Assembly (NCBI RefSeq): GCF_001194135.2
Contig: NC_068988.1
Coordinates: 83,923,293 to 83,987,292 of the forward strand
Direction: 5' to 3'
DNA from: Octopus bimaculoides
Lineage: Eukaryota
Length of the DNA stretch: 64,000 nucleotides
Made by a program: the position numbers and the translations under genes. Below, one piece after another: positions 36,501 to 49,859 of this stretch. The notes beneath the pieces are model-generated. The model did no database searches, was not told the DNA's origin, and saw only the letters and a list, made by a program, of their open reading frames with translations. Each line of letters begins with the position of its first letter. Position 1 is the first letter of the stretch.

Positions 36501-39500
36501 TGGAAAGGGGAAACTTGAAGGTTGTTAAGTTCACAAACTTTGGTGGCACACCTTCCAGATCTGTGAACGTTGACGATGAAGTTGATACATGTGTCACCAA
36601 GTGAAGCTCAGCATTTGGGCGGCTACGTGAATTAGTGTAGGAGAGGTGAGGCATTAGACTGGCCACCAAGTTGAAGGTGTGCAAAGCAGTTGTACTGCCT
36701 ACACTGCTGTACACCTGCAAAACTTGGACGGTTTATGAACACCATGCCAAACCGCTTCCACAGGAACTGAGAAAGTTGTTGAAAATCACCTGGCAAGGTC
36801 TCTGGAGCTGATTAGCCAAGTGTTTAACACACTGCTGAGGAGAGCGCAGATCCAGTAAGAAGGCCACCTTGTTCGAATGCCTGACACACGACTCCCCAAA
36901 AGACTGTCCAAGTAAGGTGGACAAAAAAAGCGCTTCAAGGATACGCTCAAAAGCCCCACTGAATAGCTTTGAGATCAACCTCAATACCTGGGAAACGCAA
37001 GCATAAAAACTGCCATGCCTGGCGAATGGCCACCTCGTACGAATAGAACAGGGCTGCAAGAGCATAAAGCAAACACGAACTGTGCAACTCCAGAGCCAAC
37101 TCCTTGCCTTCAGTCCCAACAGATCACCGGTACCCGACCTGTGGTAGAACCTTTTCGTTTTGTATCGGATTGATCGGTCATAGCCGGACACATCGCCAAC
37201 CGTCCTCTTCATCCACGTGATGTCCTCATTCATCGTTGACGATCTAATAATTCTTTCTACTATAAGCACAGGGCCTGAAATTTTGTGGGGAGGGGGACTA
37301 GTCGATTACATCGACCTCCAATGTTTCTCTAGTACTTAATTTATCGACCCCGAAAGGATGAAAAGCAAAGTCGACCTTGGCAGAATTTGAACTCGCAACG
37401 TAGCGATGGACGAAGTGCTGTTATGCATTTTACCCAGCGTGTTAACGATTTTGCCAGCTCGTTACCTTACAGGACGATCTAATAATGAAAGTGTGTGTGT
37501 GTGTGTATGTTAGATACATACGCACCCACAACTTAATGTTTCAGTATAAATTGTCTAAGAATTTACAAGATACATTTTAGTCGTACTTGGTAGGAATGGT
37601 AACTAAATTTCGTTCAAGAGGAAGTAACTCCGGCTCTCCCAGAAATCGTTTTAGTTTTGTAAGAATTTCGTGGTTTTCGTTTATTTTTGTTTTTCTTAAC
37701 TATCAAGCTGAGAAAAATAGTATTTTTACCTCCATTTTTTTAGCTTTATATGTAAAACGGTTATGTGTCTCCAGCCAGCAGGCCCGATCTACACGAGGAT
37801 GCTACTCGAGAAAATCATTGACCGAATAAGGCACATGAGATGGAAGGCATACTTCAATGACCAAGCTACATTGCTCCCACAGGTCAACAGTTACAACATC
37901 AGATCCAGAAGTTTCCCACCCAGAAACAAAGACCTTGAAACCTTCATAGCGGACCTACTGGATATCAACTGCAAACTTGGATTCTGCAAATCCTCCAGCC
38001 CTTTTCAGTGCAAGCTTTCTTCTGTTATTCATCTCCTTAAAAATTCAGATTGGGCTTTACTCTTCTCTGATAAACAAATAAATAAATAAACTAGAAGATG
38101 CCATCACGTATGATAGCCTCTTAAAGAATAGCATCACACAAAATTTTCGAAACATTTTTCATAAAAAGCTTTACTGTATCATTTGAAAATCTGCCAAATG
38201 CATTCCATTGCAAAAATTACCCGGTAACGAAGGGATGCTCAGCGAGTGTGTGCGTACCAATAACGAGAACTGCTTCACGGATGGAGATTTTATATTTCTA
38301 TTCATACATTGTTACATATGTTTCGGCATGACATATTATTATGGGACCACCTCGCCATGCAGTTTTCTCACCCTCCCTCCTTCGCCCTTTTCTCCCTGTC
38401 CCCTACTCATCTCTTTTTTGTCCTTCTTCTCTCTTGTCTTTCTCTCCCCAGTGGGTTCAAAAGGGAAGAACCAGCCGTGTGTCAATGTCTGTGGGAGTCT
38501 CTATGAGAATCTAAAACAACGAAAGCATGAGATAGTCATCCTCAGTTGCGAGTGACACCTAGTTTTGCAATGGAGCCTTGTATTCGGCAGACACAACGAC
38601 CCAATGAATAGTGAAAAGGTAGAGACCTGGTCAAGTCTCTATTTGCACTCTCGTCGCATCAGCGAATGATGGTTCTGCAAGACACGACTACACAATGCTC
38701 CTAGCAGCCACTGACCCTATGAAGGAAGTGTAATGGTGTTGGTGCTGGTGTCTTGGCTTGTTGAACAACCATCACCCCGAATACTATTAAGTGGGACATA
38801 GTTTGTGCAGAACCGGTCCCACTCTCTCGTCCTTCAAACTTGTATTAGTCTGGGTTAATAAATGCTGCGAGCCCAGTAATTACCTTTTCTTAGTTGAGCA
38901 GATGTCACATCTTGGATGTGCCGCTGGGTTGAGGATCAACAATTGTGTCCCTGTTGGTTCGAGACAACTCAGGCACCCAAAACATTAACGAAACAGTGGT
39001 ACAAATTAACAACTCATATTTGTTCGCAAGTGATATCTTTTGCCTTTTACTTGTTTCAGACAATGGAATGCTGCCATGCTGGGGCACCGCCTTGAAGAAG
39101 TTTTTTGGTCGAACGAATCGACTCCAGCATATTTTTTTTTCTTTTTAAGCCTGTTACTTATTTTATTGGTTTCCTTTACAGAACTGCAAAATGTCTTATG
39201 GTTAAGCTGGTTCCCATGCATTTCCCTGAAGAGAAGATTAGTTTCTTATCAACATCATCTATTCCTATGGAAGGTATAATTTGTAATCTTCGAAACATAT
39301 GTTGGAAATAAAAGAATTCATTTAACATATGCGTTTTACTCCATTTACTAAATCTATATATTTAATCAAGTACCCAAAATAACAAGGAGTTTCAACCTCA
39401 TAAACAGGAGTTACACCACAGTCATTTTGCGATCTTTGCTACCCTGGTATCTATTAACCAATTTATTTTGTCCGAGTTAATTATTAACTTAGAGAAAATA

Positions 39501-40013
39501 AATACATATAATAAAAAATATATATAGATATATGCATATATATATACATATATATATATATATGCATATATATTCTACTATATTCTACTTCTTCCCCTTT
39601 TTCTCCCTCTACCACTCTTTCTCCTTACCCCTAACTGGTCACATGTGTCCAGTCACTCACTCTTTTCATATCTTGGTCTCCCCAACTCTTTCACGTCTGG
39701 CCGTATAGTCTTTTTTGTGTTTATTTCACTGTTTCGTTTTCCCTCCGCCACTACCCTCCATGGAACAAATTTAATTTGTGTCCGTGGGAAGAGCCATTTT
39801 AACGATGCGTCCTGCTCTAACTCTTCGAAACGCCAATGTTATAATGGTGGCAGCTGATGAAGGAAATGTTCTCTATGTGGCCTGTGTGTTTTCTGTACCC
39901 TGTTTATCATTTTGTGCATGTTTTTTTGCAACACCATGTACCCAGATATGCATCTATATATACATGTAGATGAAGGTATGTACATACATCTACATATATA
40001 TATGCATATACTC

Positions 40014-40055
<42 letters not shown>

Positions 40056-43000
40056 TGCATATATCTATGTGTGAGTGTCTGTATTTACATCTTTAGCAGT
40101 TTGGCAAAAAAAGACCTATAGTTAGTTATCAGATTAATTTAATGGAGTCTAAATGGCACAGGTCAGGCAGGTAGCAAAAATGTTAACCTATTCTGATCAT
40201 CATTATCTAAAGTCCTTCCATATTGGCACAGGTTGGATGGTTTGACAGGATCCAGTAAGCTGCATCAAGCTCCAATGCCAGCTTTAACATGGTTTCTATG
40301 ACTCGATACCCTTCCTAATGTGAACCACTTTAGTATACTGGGCACATTTTCCTGTGATACCAGCACTAGCATGTTTGCCAATTAACTTGTAAGAAGATCC
40401 TTTGATTGAGTGGAGTTGTAGTAGAGAGGGAAGCAGCTTTATTGCAGGTGGTGAAATACTAAGGTATGATAGAGGGACAGGCACAGGTAGCTTGCTATAG
40501 TGGAAATATATGACTACCCTGCATTATGAGGGTGGATATGAGCAGTTGGAAGGAAGACAAAGATTGGGACAAGGTGTCAAAAAGTTGTCCAAAGGTTATC
40601 TTGCAAATACCAAAACATGGCTGGTGTTTGCAATACAAGTACAAGAATTTTAACTCTAATGAAACTGCAGTCCATTTACTGTACACCATTTATGAGTACA
40701 ACCTCAGCGGCCTTGATACAGAAAAAATATTTTCTGGTGTATATTTGATTTTAAAGAATGTTGCAAGTTTATTCATCAGGTTAATCCTGATCAAGCAGAC
40801 TTATGACCAAAGATAGGCATCCCAGCTGTGACCATTTCATCTTTTTATACATCCAGGATTTATATTATCCAATGTGTGCCTCCAATTTTGAAGATGGTTG
40901 GTGTAATTTTAAAAGAAATTTGGCGGCTATTTCTAGAAAATTAAGCAACCATGTAGAGATCCGCTGAAGCTTACTTCACAATATTTTCATATTCTGTCAA
41001 GGAAAATAAATGGAAAAGGTTTCCATAATCATCCATCTAACTGAAGTAAGGATTAAGAAGATTCATGCTAGGTACAATGTACAAGATTAATCCAGAGACC
41101 TACATTTCATTCATCCAAAAGTGTCACTAGTATAACAATTGTTTCTAATTTAGGCACAAAACCAGCAATTTTGAGAGGAAGGGGTTAGTCAATAACATCC
41201 ATGCCAATACTTGACTGGTGTTTTATTTTGACACACTCCCACCTACCTCCAAAGGACAAAAGGCAAAGTTGACTTTGGTAGGATTTGAACTTGGAATGTA
41301 AGAGTCAGATTAAATACTGTAAAACATTTTTCAGTGCTCTAATGATTGTTAATAATTGTTTCAGTAATTTTGAGGGGAGGGGGTTAGTTGATAACACTGA
41401 TGCTAGCACTTGATTGGTACTTTATTTTTTAACTTCCAGACAAAATTCAAGAGAAAACAATGCTCTAATGTTCTTGTCAATTTACCACCCTAACAGTGCT
41501 ACTAATGCTGGAAGATCTATGCACCCACCTCTACACAATCACACACAGGCCATCAAGTTTGAATTGACAGGATGAATATAATAACTTAAGCGGCGACTTT
41601 AATCACATTAGAGCATTTACCTGGTGAAATGGAATGGGAGTTAATTATTCTAAAATATGATTTGTTTTGTTACCTCATTTCCTGCAAGTTTTGCCAACAA
41701 TTCAAACCGTTCTACACCAACAGCATGACCAAGAGCATCGGGCATGGAGACGTCAGAAGCTGTAAGACAAAACACAGAAGCAATTAATGACAAAATATTT
41801 ATAAAAGATAACTGAAGTTTTTATTAAAACACTGCATTAACTGATATCAGTCATGCACTTCTCACCTTGTTGATACAAAGCAGGAAAATATCTTGCAAAC
41901 AATAGATTGTATGATACTTGTGTTGCATGCACTGGTTGCAAAAGGTGTGCATAGGTCGAAGAATAATGAAGCAAACACGCCTTGCTAGATGTGTAAAGTT
42001 AGTCTCCATGAACGATGTGATACAGCTGAGCTGAGGGATTAAACTAAAACAAATCAGCTATAGTGCACACAAATGTAGTTTACATTAAAATGGATATGCG
42101 ATGTATAGAAGGATCACAGAGGGGTTAAAGAAATGCCAGGATACCCAAGTAGAAGAGGAAGACAGACAAATGATAAAAGCTGATGTCGAATCTCACAAAC
42201 AAAATTAATGTTGCATGGTATATTTTAGACAAAATACAACACTATATAAATACACTGAATACCATTAGTATTGCATGGAAAATTGTATACAAGACACACC
42301 ATGAATACTGTGTGGGAGAAACCATAAAGACACCAATACTTTTATAAGTACAGCAACATAGATATAAATACTGAAAGGAAAAACTTCAAACAAGACATAA
42401 TCAAATATCTAACACCATTAGTGAAGTATTAAACCTTAGACAAGAAACTCTATATGAAACATCAACTTAACATTGTAGAATACTCAGTCACTTACATGCT
42501 AATTTAATGAGCAGATAATTCACTTGATCAAACTGTTTGCTCATTGTCAAAACCAATAGTGAACCATTTACATTTGACTTAAGGTCCTTTAACTCAGTAA
42601 AAGATCAGTTGTATGCTAGTCATTAAATCTACCTTCCTATAAAATGTAAGGCTTCACATCAATCATCATCATGATTTAATGTCTTCCTTCCATGCTGGCA
42701 TGGGTTGGACAGTTTGACAGGAGCTGGCCAGGCAGGAGCTTGCGTCATGCTTCTGTGCATGTTTTGGCATGGTTTTTACAGCTGGATGCCCTTCCTAACA
42801 CCAAGCACTCCATAGAGTGGGTTGAGTGCTTTTTACATTGCACTCACAGAAGCAAGGTCAATTTTGGCATGGTCTTTACAGCTGGATACCCTTCCAAAGG
42901 CCAACCACTTTTCAGTGTGAACTGGGTGCTTTTTAAGTGGCACCTGCATTGGCAGGGTCACCAAGTGACTTTGCAAGGCAAAGAGTCTTTGAGAGGTGAA

Positions 43001-46000
43001 GGGGCTTTGGAGGTGATCTTGTGTCAGATGATGAAAAATTAGAGTGTGACAGAGGCAGAAACAGATGTCTTGTAGAAGTCCATGGTTACCCAACGAGAGG
43101 GAAAGAAAGAGAACAAGAGTTAACAAGAATGAGGGTAGAAACAGTTACCTAAAGAGGGAGTGGGAGTTAAGAAAGAGGTGTGCTGCTGTAAAGGAGATAC
43201 ACAGTTATCTAGCTAGAGGTAAGAGCAAGGGAGGGAGTGAGAGAGAGTGAGCAAGAATGAGGATAAAATTACCATCAAGTTCCACTTAAAAAAGGAAACC
43301 TAGATGTGGGTCTATCAGAAGGAGTTATTAAAAAGAAAAAAAACACTTAAAATAACAGTCGCTACAATCAATAATTAATCAAGGTACAGCAAATATCTGA
43401 AATACAGAAAATAGGTTAAAAGAAAAAGTTTATAAGTCATGTTTTGTTAAAATAATTATTTCATTAAAATGTCATACATTATGTTAGTGTATAACTGTTA
43501 GCAGAGCGAAAATTGATTTAATTTAATGACTGAAATTTGATTTTTACAATAGCAGGTAAAAGTCTGTGAATCCATATCTGAAAACAATGTCAATATTTTT
43601 ACTGTACATTGACATTAGCAGCTCAACAACATTATATAAAAGCATTGTGATCTAACGTTATGGACCACTGCATATATTGTGTGTGTGTGTGTAATGTTTA
43701 TGCTGACAATCTAAAAATATACCAGTGTTAGACTGTAAACACAAACTCTAATATAACTATTTTATAAAAAAACTTTTTTGCATTTGTTATAATTTGTTTA
43801 AATCACTTCATTCAACCAAAGAAAATTTTTACATCAATCAACTGTCCATAATACCATATGTGTCAACATTTTCATTTCACATCCATTTTCTATGCTGGCA
43901 TGAATTGGACAGGTTGACCCAGTCAAGTCGGATGTCATTCAGAGTTACCGCCCACATACACAAGGTCACAGGACTCCATTTCACTCAGACACATCAGTTT
44001 TGGCATGGTTTCTATGGCTGGATGACCTTCCAAATGCCAACCACTTTATAGAGTGTACTGGGTAAAGTTTATCATTGCACTAGCAGTTACATATCAATCT
44101 TTTACTGATTACACTCAGTGGACTGCTGGCCATATTGGAGTACCACCTTTGAGGGATTTTTGTTGATCATATCAATTCTAATACTTACTTTAGATTTAAT
44201 TGATCTCTACTAGTCAAAACACATTACAAGACAAATACATGAACCAAATTATCTAATGTATCCTTCCTTTGTGAAGATGAGATTTGAAGGAATCTAGCTG
44301 CTATTCTTGCAAAATTGAACAACCACAAAGGGTTTTTATGAGGTCACTACAATCAACAATACCCATTACCTACAAATTTGTTCGACAGCAAAAACTATTT
44401 ATCTGCTGTAAATTATTTTGATAATTACCCAAAAATGTTAAATGTTATTTAATACTAATCATGTCATTGTGTGTGTGAGTAAACATTTTTAATGTGAGTA
44501 CGAGTTGAAAGCTGGGTGTGTGGGAGGGATTTTAAAACAATTGTTTCTAGAGCCAGATGCTATTACAAAAAGTAGCCAAGAAAGAGACGTTTCTGTTTTT
44601 CCTTTTTCAACCTACCTTACTCTAGAGCAGTAGTTCTCAACTGAGATCCATATAAGATTTTTGGGGGTCCACGTAAGCAAAATAGTAAATTGGGGACGCA
44701 CAGTAGTATATTAAAGGTCCATGAAAAAAAATTTGCTTCAGATGTATTTATTGCAGGAAACAGCTAGTTTTCTTTCTCTAACATTTTTCATTGTTCAACT
44801 TTCACAAGGGAATGTTTGAAAAACAAAATAGGAATTTTGAAAGAAGTATCTAAAAAGCTGTTTTTAAATATCAAATGGCTAAGAGGGTCCACCAGAGTAA
44901 AATAATAATCAAAGAGATCCATAGATAAATGATGGTGGGGAACCACTGCTCTAGAGAAAAATACAGAGGAGACAATAAAGGATTTTTATCTTATACCCAC
45001 GTAGTCGATAGCTGCAGCTCCTTAAAAAAAATTACAAGTAGCTGTGCCTCCCAAATAGACATTTCTATTAACAAACATACGATTGTTTGGAAACCAGAAT
45101 GAATAATTAGCTCCTAATACTTGTTTATATAATATGTGATAAACCTAAGGTTAACAACCTATCCAAAATAAACATTACTGCTATTTCTATTTTTATATTG
45201 ACTTGTAACAGAATACTATGAAAACACTTACATTTGCTAACGTCTAGGGTTTTAAAAAAAGGTCAACAGGATACACGAACAAAAATAATATAAACTGTTG
45301 TAATAAGTTAACGCTCGTAATGCAATCGTGAGCCAACACAAAAGATACAATGGTTAAAAAAGGAACCAGTTAAGTGGTTAAAGCACAAATAACCAGCAGG
45401 TAGATCTGGTTTAGAGATAACCAGAATGTCAAGGTCAATTTGAGATCACAAGATAACGGAAATAACATGTGGATGTGCGTGTGAAGATAATAGGTGAGGA
45501 AGGTAGGAAGTTCGAAATTTTGGAAGGGTATGTATCTTCACCACTTCTGTGATATGCTATTTTAACTGCTCGACCAAGCTTAAAACAAAAGCTCCAGTTA
45601 GCCCTGCGACTGATTTGATCGACATTAAAGAGTTACAGCCCCTTGTAGCAGTAACTCATAAATTGACAATTTAAAAAAATATATTTTTATAAACAGAAAA
45701 TTATAAAAACTTAACGCAATTAAAATAAACATTTCTTAGCCCTGATTGAGCTGGCTTATGATCAAAGATATTCCAACCGTGACCATCTCGTTTATGTAAT
45801 CCTGACTACATTATCCAACAGAACATTCATTTTTTTAAAAAATGATGTATAATTTGAGGAAAATTTATTTGCTATTTCTAGTAAGTCAAGCGATGACAGA
45901 GAACCCTTGTAGGCTAGTAAAAGAAATCGTAATTTTCTTTAGCAGAAGGTAATTTATATTTTCATTAATCATGTTTTTTTTCATTCGATTTCTTCTTTTT

Positions 46001-48778
46001 ATGTCAAGCAATGGAGGAGGATCAACAACCGTATAACCTCTACAAGTCCTCTAAGATCGATACGATTTATAATCAGTTTGTACAACTGCGGGTTAATGTG
46101 GCCAGGATGGGAAATCTATGGTGTCGGGGAAGGCGTATATGTGAAGGAAGGACAGGAATATTTAGTGCAAGTACTTGGCGATGACAGTTCAGAGTAGCAG
46201 AAACTATCGTAGGAACTGTAGAAGAGGAAGTGAAAAGAAACAACAGTTGTGAAGCCATTGTCATTACATGCAATTTCTTGACCTGTTAGAAATAATCAAA
46301 TTTCCCTCAAATCAAAACACACTATACCGTCTGAAATAAGAAATACTGAGAAATATAATGTAGTCCAATATTTAAAAAATAGTTGCTTACAGCCGGAACA
46401 TCTTTGATGCTAGGTCTACTGATTCAAAGCTAACTTGGAGGTAAAGCATCATCAATCACAATAAAGTGAAGAGGTTAAATAACAAATGGTTAGTAATTAC
46501 TCTTGCTAAAAAAATAGCGAAAGAGGAGGAAAAAAGAAGCTAAAAGCTAAAAGCGGTGAGTACAAAATAATGACCTCAACTCAATATCAGAGGTCATCTG
46601 AAATATATCGAATAACCTGACGGAATTCACAAGAAATGGAGCTTCGAATGAGATCTAAGACCAACGAAATGACTGCGTATTCGGCAGTGAGCTGTAGAAA
46701 ATTATATGAAGTAGGCCTTAAGTTATTTATTAACACCAAACCTTGGCTAAGAACTGCAGGTAGCATATTTGAATAATTAAAAGAATAACATTTTTTTAAA
46801 GTAACTGTCATAATAATGAAAACTATGTGGAAGGGACAAGTAGAGTCATTTGATATTTATTTTATCGATTGCAGGAACTCAAAGATCCAATGACAGTTAT
46901 TTTGCCTTACTTCCTACTATTTCTCCCACTACACCACCAAGTCGAGAAAAGGGATTACCAACACAGTCGAACTACTTGACAAGTAAATCCCTTTTCATTA
47001 TCCACTAAAGGTTTCCAAATAATAATTATAACAACGATAATTTCAAATGTTGGCACAAGGCCAGCAATTTTAAAGGAAGGAGTAAATGAATATCATCGAT
47101 CCCAGTGTTCGACTGGTACGTTTTTACACGACACCTAAAGGATGAAAAGTGAAGTCGACCTCGGTGACATTTGAACTCAGAACGCAGTGGTAGACGAAAT
47201 ACCGCTAAGCATTTAGTTCGGACGTGGTAACGATTCTGCCAGCTCGTGGCCTTAATAACAGTAGGATAAATTAAGTAATGTTTAATAACAATAGGATACA
47301 TTAGGTAATGAAGTCCTATATTACACTGAAATATTGTTGACTACAGCTCTACTCGATCAGGTTTATGTAAGGGATTGTGTGACACCTGTCCAGTGCCAAC
47401 CTTAACTTCCTTACAGGTTAAACAACAAACTTGATTACTAAACCCTTTTCTAAATTTGTTATATGCAATCTGTTAATTTGTTATACAATTTTAAGGTCTA
47501 CCGTGAACCAGCTCATATCTAAGTATACTTAACAGTTAAACAGAAAATGTTAATATTTTCGATAAATCATAAATTTCAATACCTACACACATGTTTTACA
47601 ACAATTTGAATGGGAGAAAAGGCTCATTATATTTGGTTCTGAAGGCAAAACTTGAAATTTTTATGAGGAAAAATAGGGGCTAATGCATAAAAAGATTCAG
47701 GGGGCTTTCCATGCAAACAATCCATTGATAAATAAAAGTAACTAAATGTGAAAATGCTTTAAAATAAGTGTCCTGGACACTAACTGCAGATAGATCCAAA
47801 AATAAATCTAATTTAATTGCTGAACACAGTCACTTATCAAAATTATTTAAATCTGTTTCCACTTGACAAACAGCCTGGACTTTAAACTCACTTCAAGTAG
47901 AAATGGATCACACATTGTAGTTTAAACCTAAATCTACTTTGATCAAACCTAAGCTCAAAGACATTCAAACCGTAAGAACCCTGCCTTATAGCATATAAAG
48001 ACATATAATGTATAGTTTTCTAATTTAAAATCGTAGTTAGTGTGGTCTAAAGGAATATCTTAGTCTATTATAAACAACTAAACTTAGTGCAGAAATCTTA
48101 TTCGCCACTAATTCGTTAATAACAATGGGTAGCCCCATAATAATAACTCTTATGTGATTGTCTGGAAAAAAGTTGCCCCTTAAGCAGAAAAAAAAGTAGG
48201 CTCACTTCATTCCGAATATCTGAGCGAAATGAAAATATATTCAATAATGAAAGTATTAATATTGTACTAAAAAAAATCTGTGGTATTTGTTTTTTTTCCT
48301 TTGCATTTTAAGTTGAAACCCATGCAATTGCCCAAATTAGTTCCTCTATCCTTTAGGCTATGGTAAGGACATGGGGACTATTCACAGCGTCCCTTAACCA
48401 TTAGTATAAATGTGGCCGGCGTGGTACATTATGAGGACAATGGGGATGTTGTTGGTAGTGAGTCATCATTTGAATTGAGAAAACGTATCGCAACAAATGT
48501 AAGAAATCCTGGGAGAAAACATTTCTATGAAATTTAAAATGCTACTACTTTTTAAAAATGAAAATATCATTCCACATGCAAATGACATGTTTATATGCCT
48601 CGTCTATTTTAAATGAAAACATTAGGACGGAATGAAAAGAGTACGTCTTTCATTACTCAAAGATAATACAACCCCACCCCCATTTCTTTCACTATTTTAC
48701 CCAGGTATTCTTGCAATAAAAGTTTTTGAAAGGTATCGAAAGAACCCTAAAATAAAGTGATCGTATGTTAGACATGTA

Positions 48779-48864
<86 letters not shown>

Positions 48865-49835
48865 TGAACAGATTAGTAAAGATATCGATAAGAAACGATT
48901 TTCTCTAGGTCATTCCCTCATCTATCAGTCCTGTGGTAAAAGCGTTCAATCATGACCATTTTTGTGTAACTGAGACAACATCCGACATGTGTCCTTCCTT
49001 CTTTCGAAAACGGTAGAATTTGAAAGAGATTTGGTTGTTATTTCAAGCAGATTGGGAGAACGCCTATTAGTCTCCTTGAAACCCCACCTCATCCACCTTT
49101 TATTTTTCAGATTCGTAATTTATGTTTGAAAAATACACATCCAAAGAGAAGCTTTAGAAGCACTAGATAATTTCCGACTCTAATATACAGGAATGCAATG
49201 TATATATTAAAATATTTGACCGTTTGCACGAATATAAATATACATATATATGTGCAGAGGAGTACAAGCGAGAAAGGGAAATATTCGATACAAAAAAAGA
49301 ATCTATATATATATTTATTATAAGTCGAAATTCTACTTTCATCGTAAATAGTGGCTTACGTGACACAATGCCCATTCAATAACCACAGCTAAAATACAAC
49401 AATACTAAACAAACGTGACTGTTTTCACCTTGAACTGCCCTCCCGCTCTCACCAAGCGACACTCAAGTAATTAAAGCAAAACGTAAAATCATTGTAAAAA
49501 CGTTGTGAAAAGAAGCCACAACTGTAATTTCTAATGTAAAACAGACATTAAGAATAATAGAGAAGCTGTTTTGAAGAAAGATGGATTTTGTTACATAAGA
49601 ACGAAATGAAGAAGATTGCAAGGTTGGTGCAATATGATGTAGGTGTGTGATATGCAAATGAACCAGTAGTGGCGGGGAGGATTGGGTTAATTCAAAGAGG
49701 GTCTTACTCACCAACTTTGCCTTTATGGTGGTCAACTGGCTTGCCACCAGCTGAAGAACTTCTAGCCAGACATAGTAAAACTGGCCGCTGTTTACTCACA
49801 ATATTTGAGGCAAGCCGACATAAAGAAAAAGCCAT
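23729..49835 (-). CDS. COX5B: Cytochrome c oxidase subunit 5B, mitochondrial precursor, 4 exons, 140 aa
   Basis: Exons of 124+86+100+113 = 423 nt give [140 protein letters not shown]. Contains the Zn ligands GCIC...RCxC and an Arg/Ser-rich presequence. Confidence 0.96.
24735..24880 (+). mobile_element. Penelope-like terminal-repeat fragment (hammerhead-bearing family)
   Basis: Hammerhead followed by ..tttacacctcctgtcctcgtctgttg..ttctcccat. The same downstream block recurs at 1-62. PLE assignment inferred from the minimal-hammerhead architecture. Confidence 0.5.
24748..24784 (+). ncRNA. Degenerate minimal hammerhead ribozyme motif (core A6>U)
   Basis: UCUUU-CUGUUGA-A-GAG(CGUAG)CUC-GAAA-CG-UC-AAAGA: perfect 5-bp stem I, GUC cleavage triplet, one core substitution. 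Confidence 0.6.
24936..25147. repeat. Foldback inverted repeat, about 78-bp arms
   Basis: Arms 24936-25015 and 25069-25147 differ mostly by transitions; the loop holds a small hairpin GTCCATG/CATGGAC. Confidence 0.85.
26988..27087 (-). CDS. COX5B: COX5B exon 3
   Basis: ttcctttctag|; [33 protein letters not shown]; T|gtaagt; 100 bp. Confidence 0.96.
28924..29343. repeat. About 95-bp inverted arms enclosing head-to-head telomere-like (GGGTTA)n/(TAACCC)n
   Basis: Arms 28924-29017 and 29245-29343; degenerate GGGTTAGGGTTA at about 29040-29095 and TAACCCTAACCCTAA at about 29107-29121. Confidence 0.7.
29375..29622 (-). mobile_element. tRNA-headed SINE-like element with (AAT)n linker and 3' hammerhead ribozyme
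   Basis: A box TGGCGTAGTGG (29617-29607), B box GAGTTCTATTC (29574-29564), (AAT)n about 29505-29547, hammerhead 29463-29418. Boundaries approximate. Confidence 0.65.
29418..29463 (-). ncRNA. Minimal type I hammerhead ribozyme motif
   Basis: GACAC-CUGACGA-A-GGCUG(10 nt)CAGCC-GAAA-CG-UU-GUGUU: intact core, 5-bp stem II, 5-bp stem I, palindromic ACGU stem III. Confidence 0.75.
30208..30462. mobile_element. MITE-like element with GGCGGAT-type termini and 5-bp TAAAC flanks
   Basis: TAAAC|CAGGGGTCGGGATCCAGG .. CCTGCATCCGCCACTG|TAAAC. Confidence 0.55.
30581..30944 (-). mobile_element. SINE family B copy containing a family C segment (chimera or nesting)
   Basis: Family C body (about 30648-30815) sits between the two ATCGACCCC repeats of family B; imperfect outer TSD ACTGCT.AC.CAT.TTG. 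Confidence 0.75.
31439..31676 (-). mobile_element. SINE family B copy with perfect 15-bp TSD
   Basis: CATTTATCAATGAAT at 31424-31438 and 31677-31691; (CTTTT)n tail. Confidence 0.9.
32430..32575 (-). mobile_element. R4/Dong REL endonuclease remnant
   Basis: [29 protein letters not shown] matches the (R)PD..E/D restriction-like motif region. Confidence 0.6.
34060..34460. repeat. Degenerate tandem repeat of about 90-100 bp
   Basis: Recurring ATTTATTCT.CATT.GATG and GAGTATTTT.A..AAAATGT blocks. Confidence 0.55.
34760..37250 (+). mobile_element. RTE-BovB-like LINE, near full span but internally deleted and frameshifted
   Basis: About 650-bp GC-rich 5' region, then [35 protein letters not shown] (EN), [46 protein letters not shown], and a terminal C-C-H-H region. 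Confidence 0.88.
37252..37472 (-). mobile_element. SINE family B copy with perfect 14-bp TSD at the RTE 3' end
   Basis: GACGATCTAATAAT at 37238-37251 and 37473-37486. Confidence 0.9.
37765..38560 (+). mobile_element. Penelope-like element remnant (resembles Naiad/Chlamys-type N-terminus)
   Basis: [47 protein letters not shown] pattern recalled from PLE ORFs of marine invertebrates; RT core absent. Confidence 0.5.
41674..41759 (-). CDS. COX5B: COX5B exon 2
   Basis: tgtcttacag|; [29 protein letters not shown]; |gtaaca; 86 bp. Confidence 0.95.
44628..44948. mobile_element. Non-autonomous hAT (Charlie-like) MITE, 321 bp
   Basis: Perfect 8-bp TSD CTCTAGAG (44620-44627, 44949-44956); termini CAGTAGTTCTC / GGGAACCACTG. 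Confidence 0.88.
49712..49835 (-). CDS. COX5B: COX5B exon 1 (targeting peptide)
   Basis: ATG at 49835; 41 codons plus G|gtgagt donor; phase 1 matches exon 2. Confidence 0.88.
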
Positions 49836-49859
49836 GCTGCTAAAGAGGTTCACTGACGC

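Noticed and set aside
39823-39865. Permuted hammerhead-like motif: CUUC-GAAA-CGCCA..UGGUG-GC-AG-CUGAUGA-AGG
   Set aside because: Both core strings are present, but U16.1 is replaced by G and no stem I can form. At best a dead relic.
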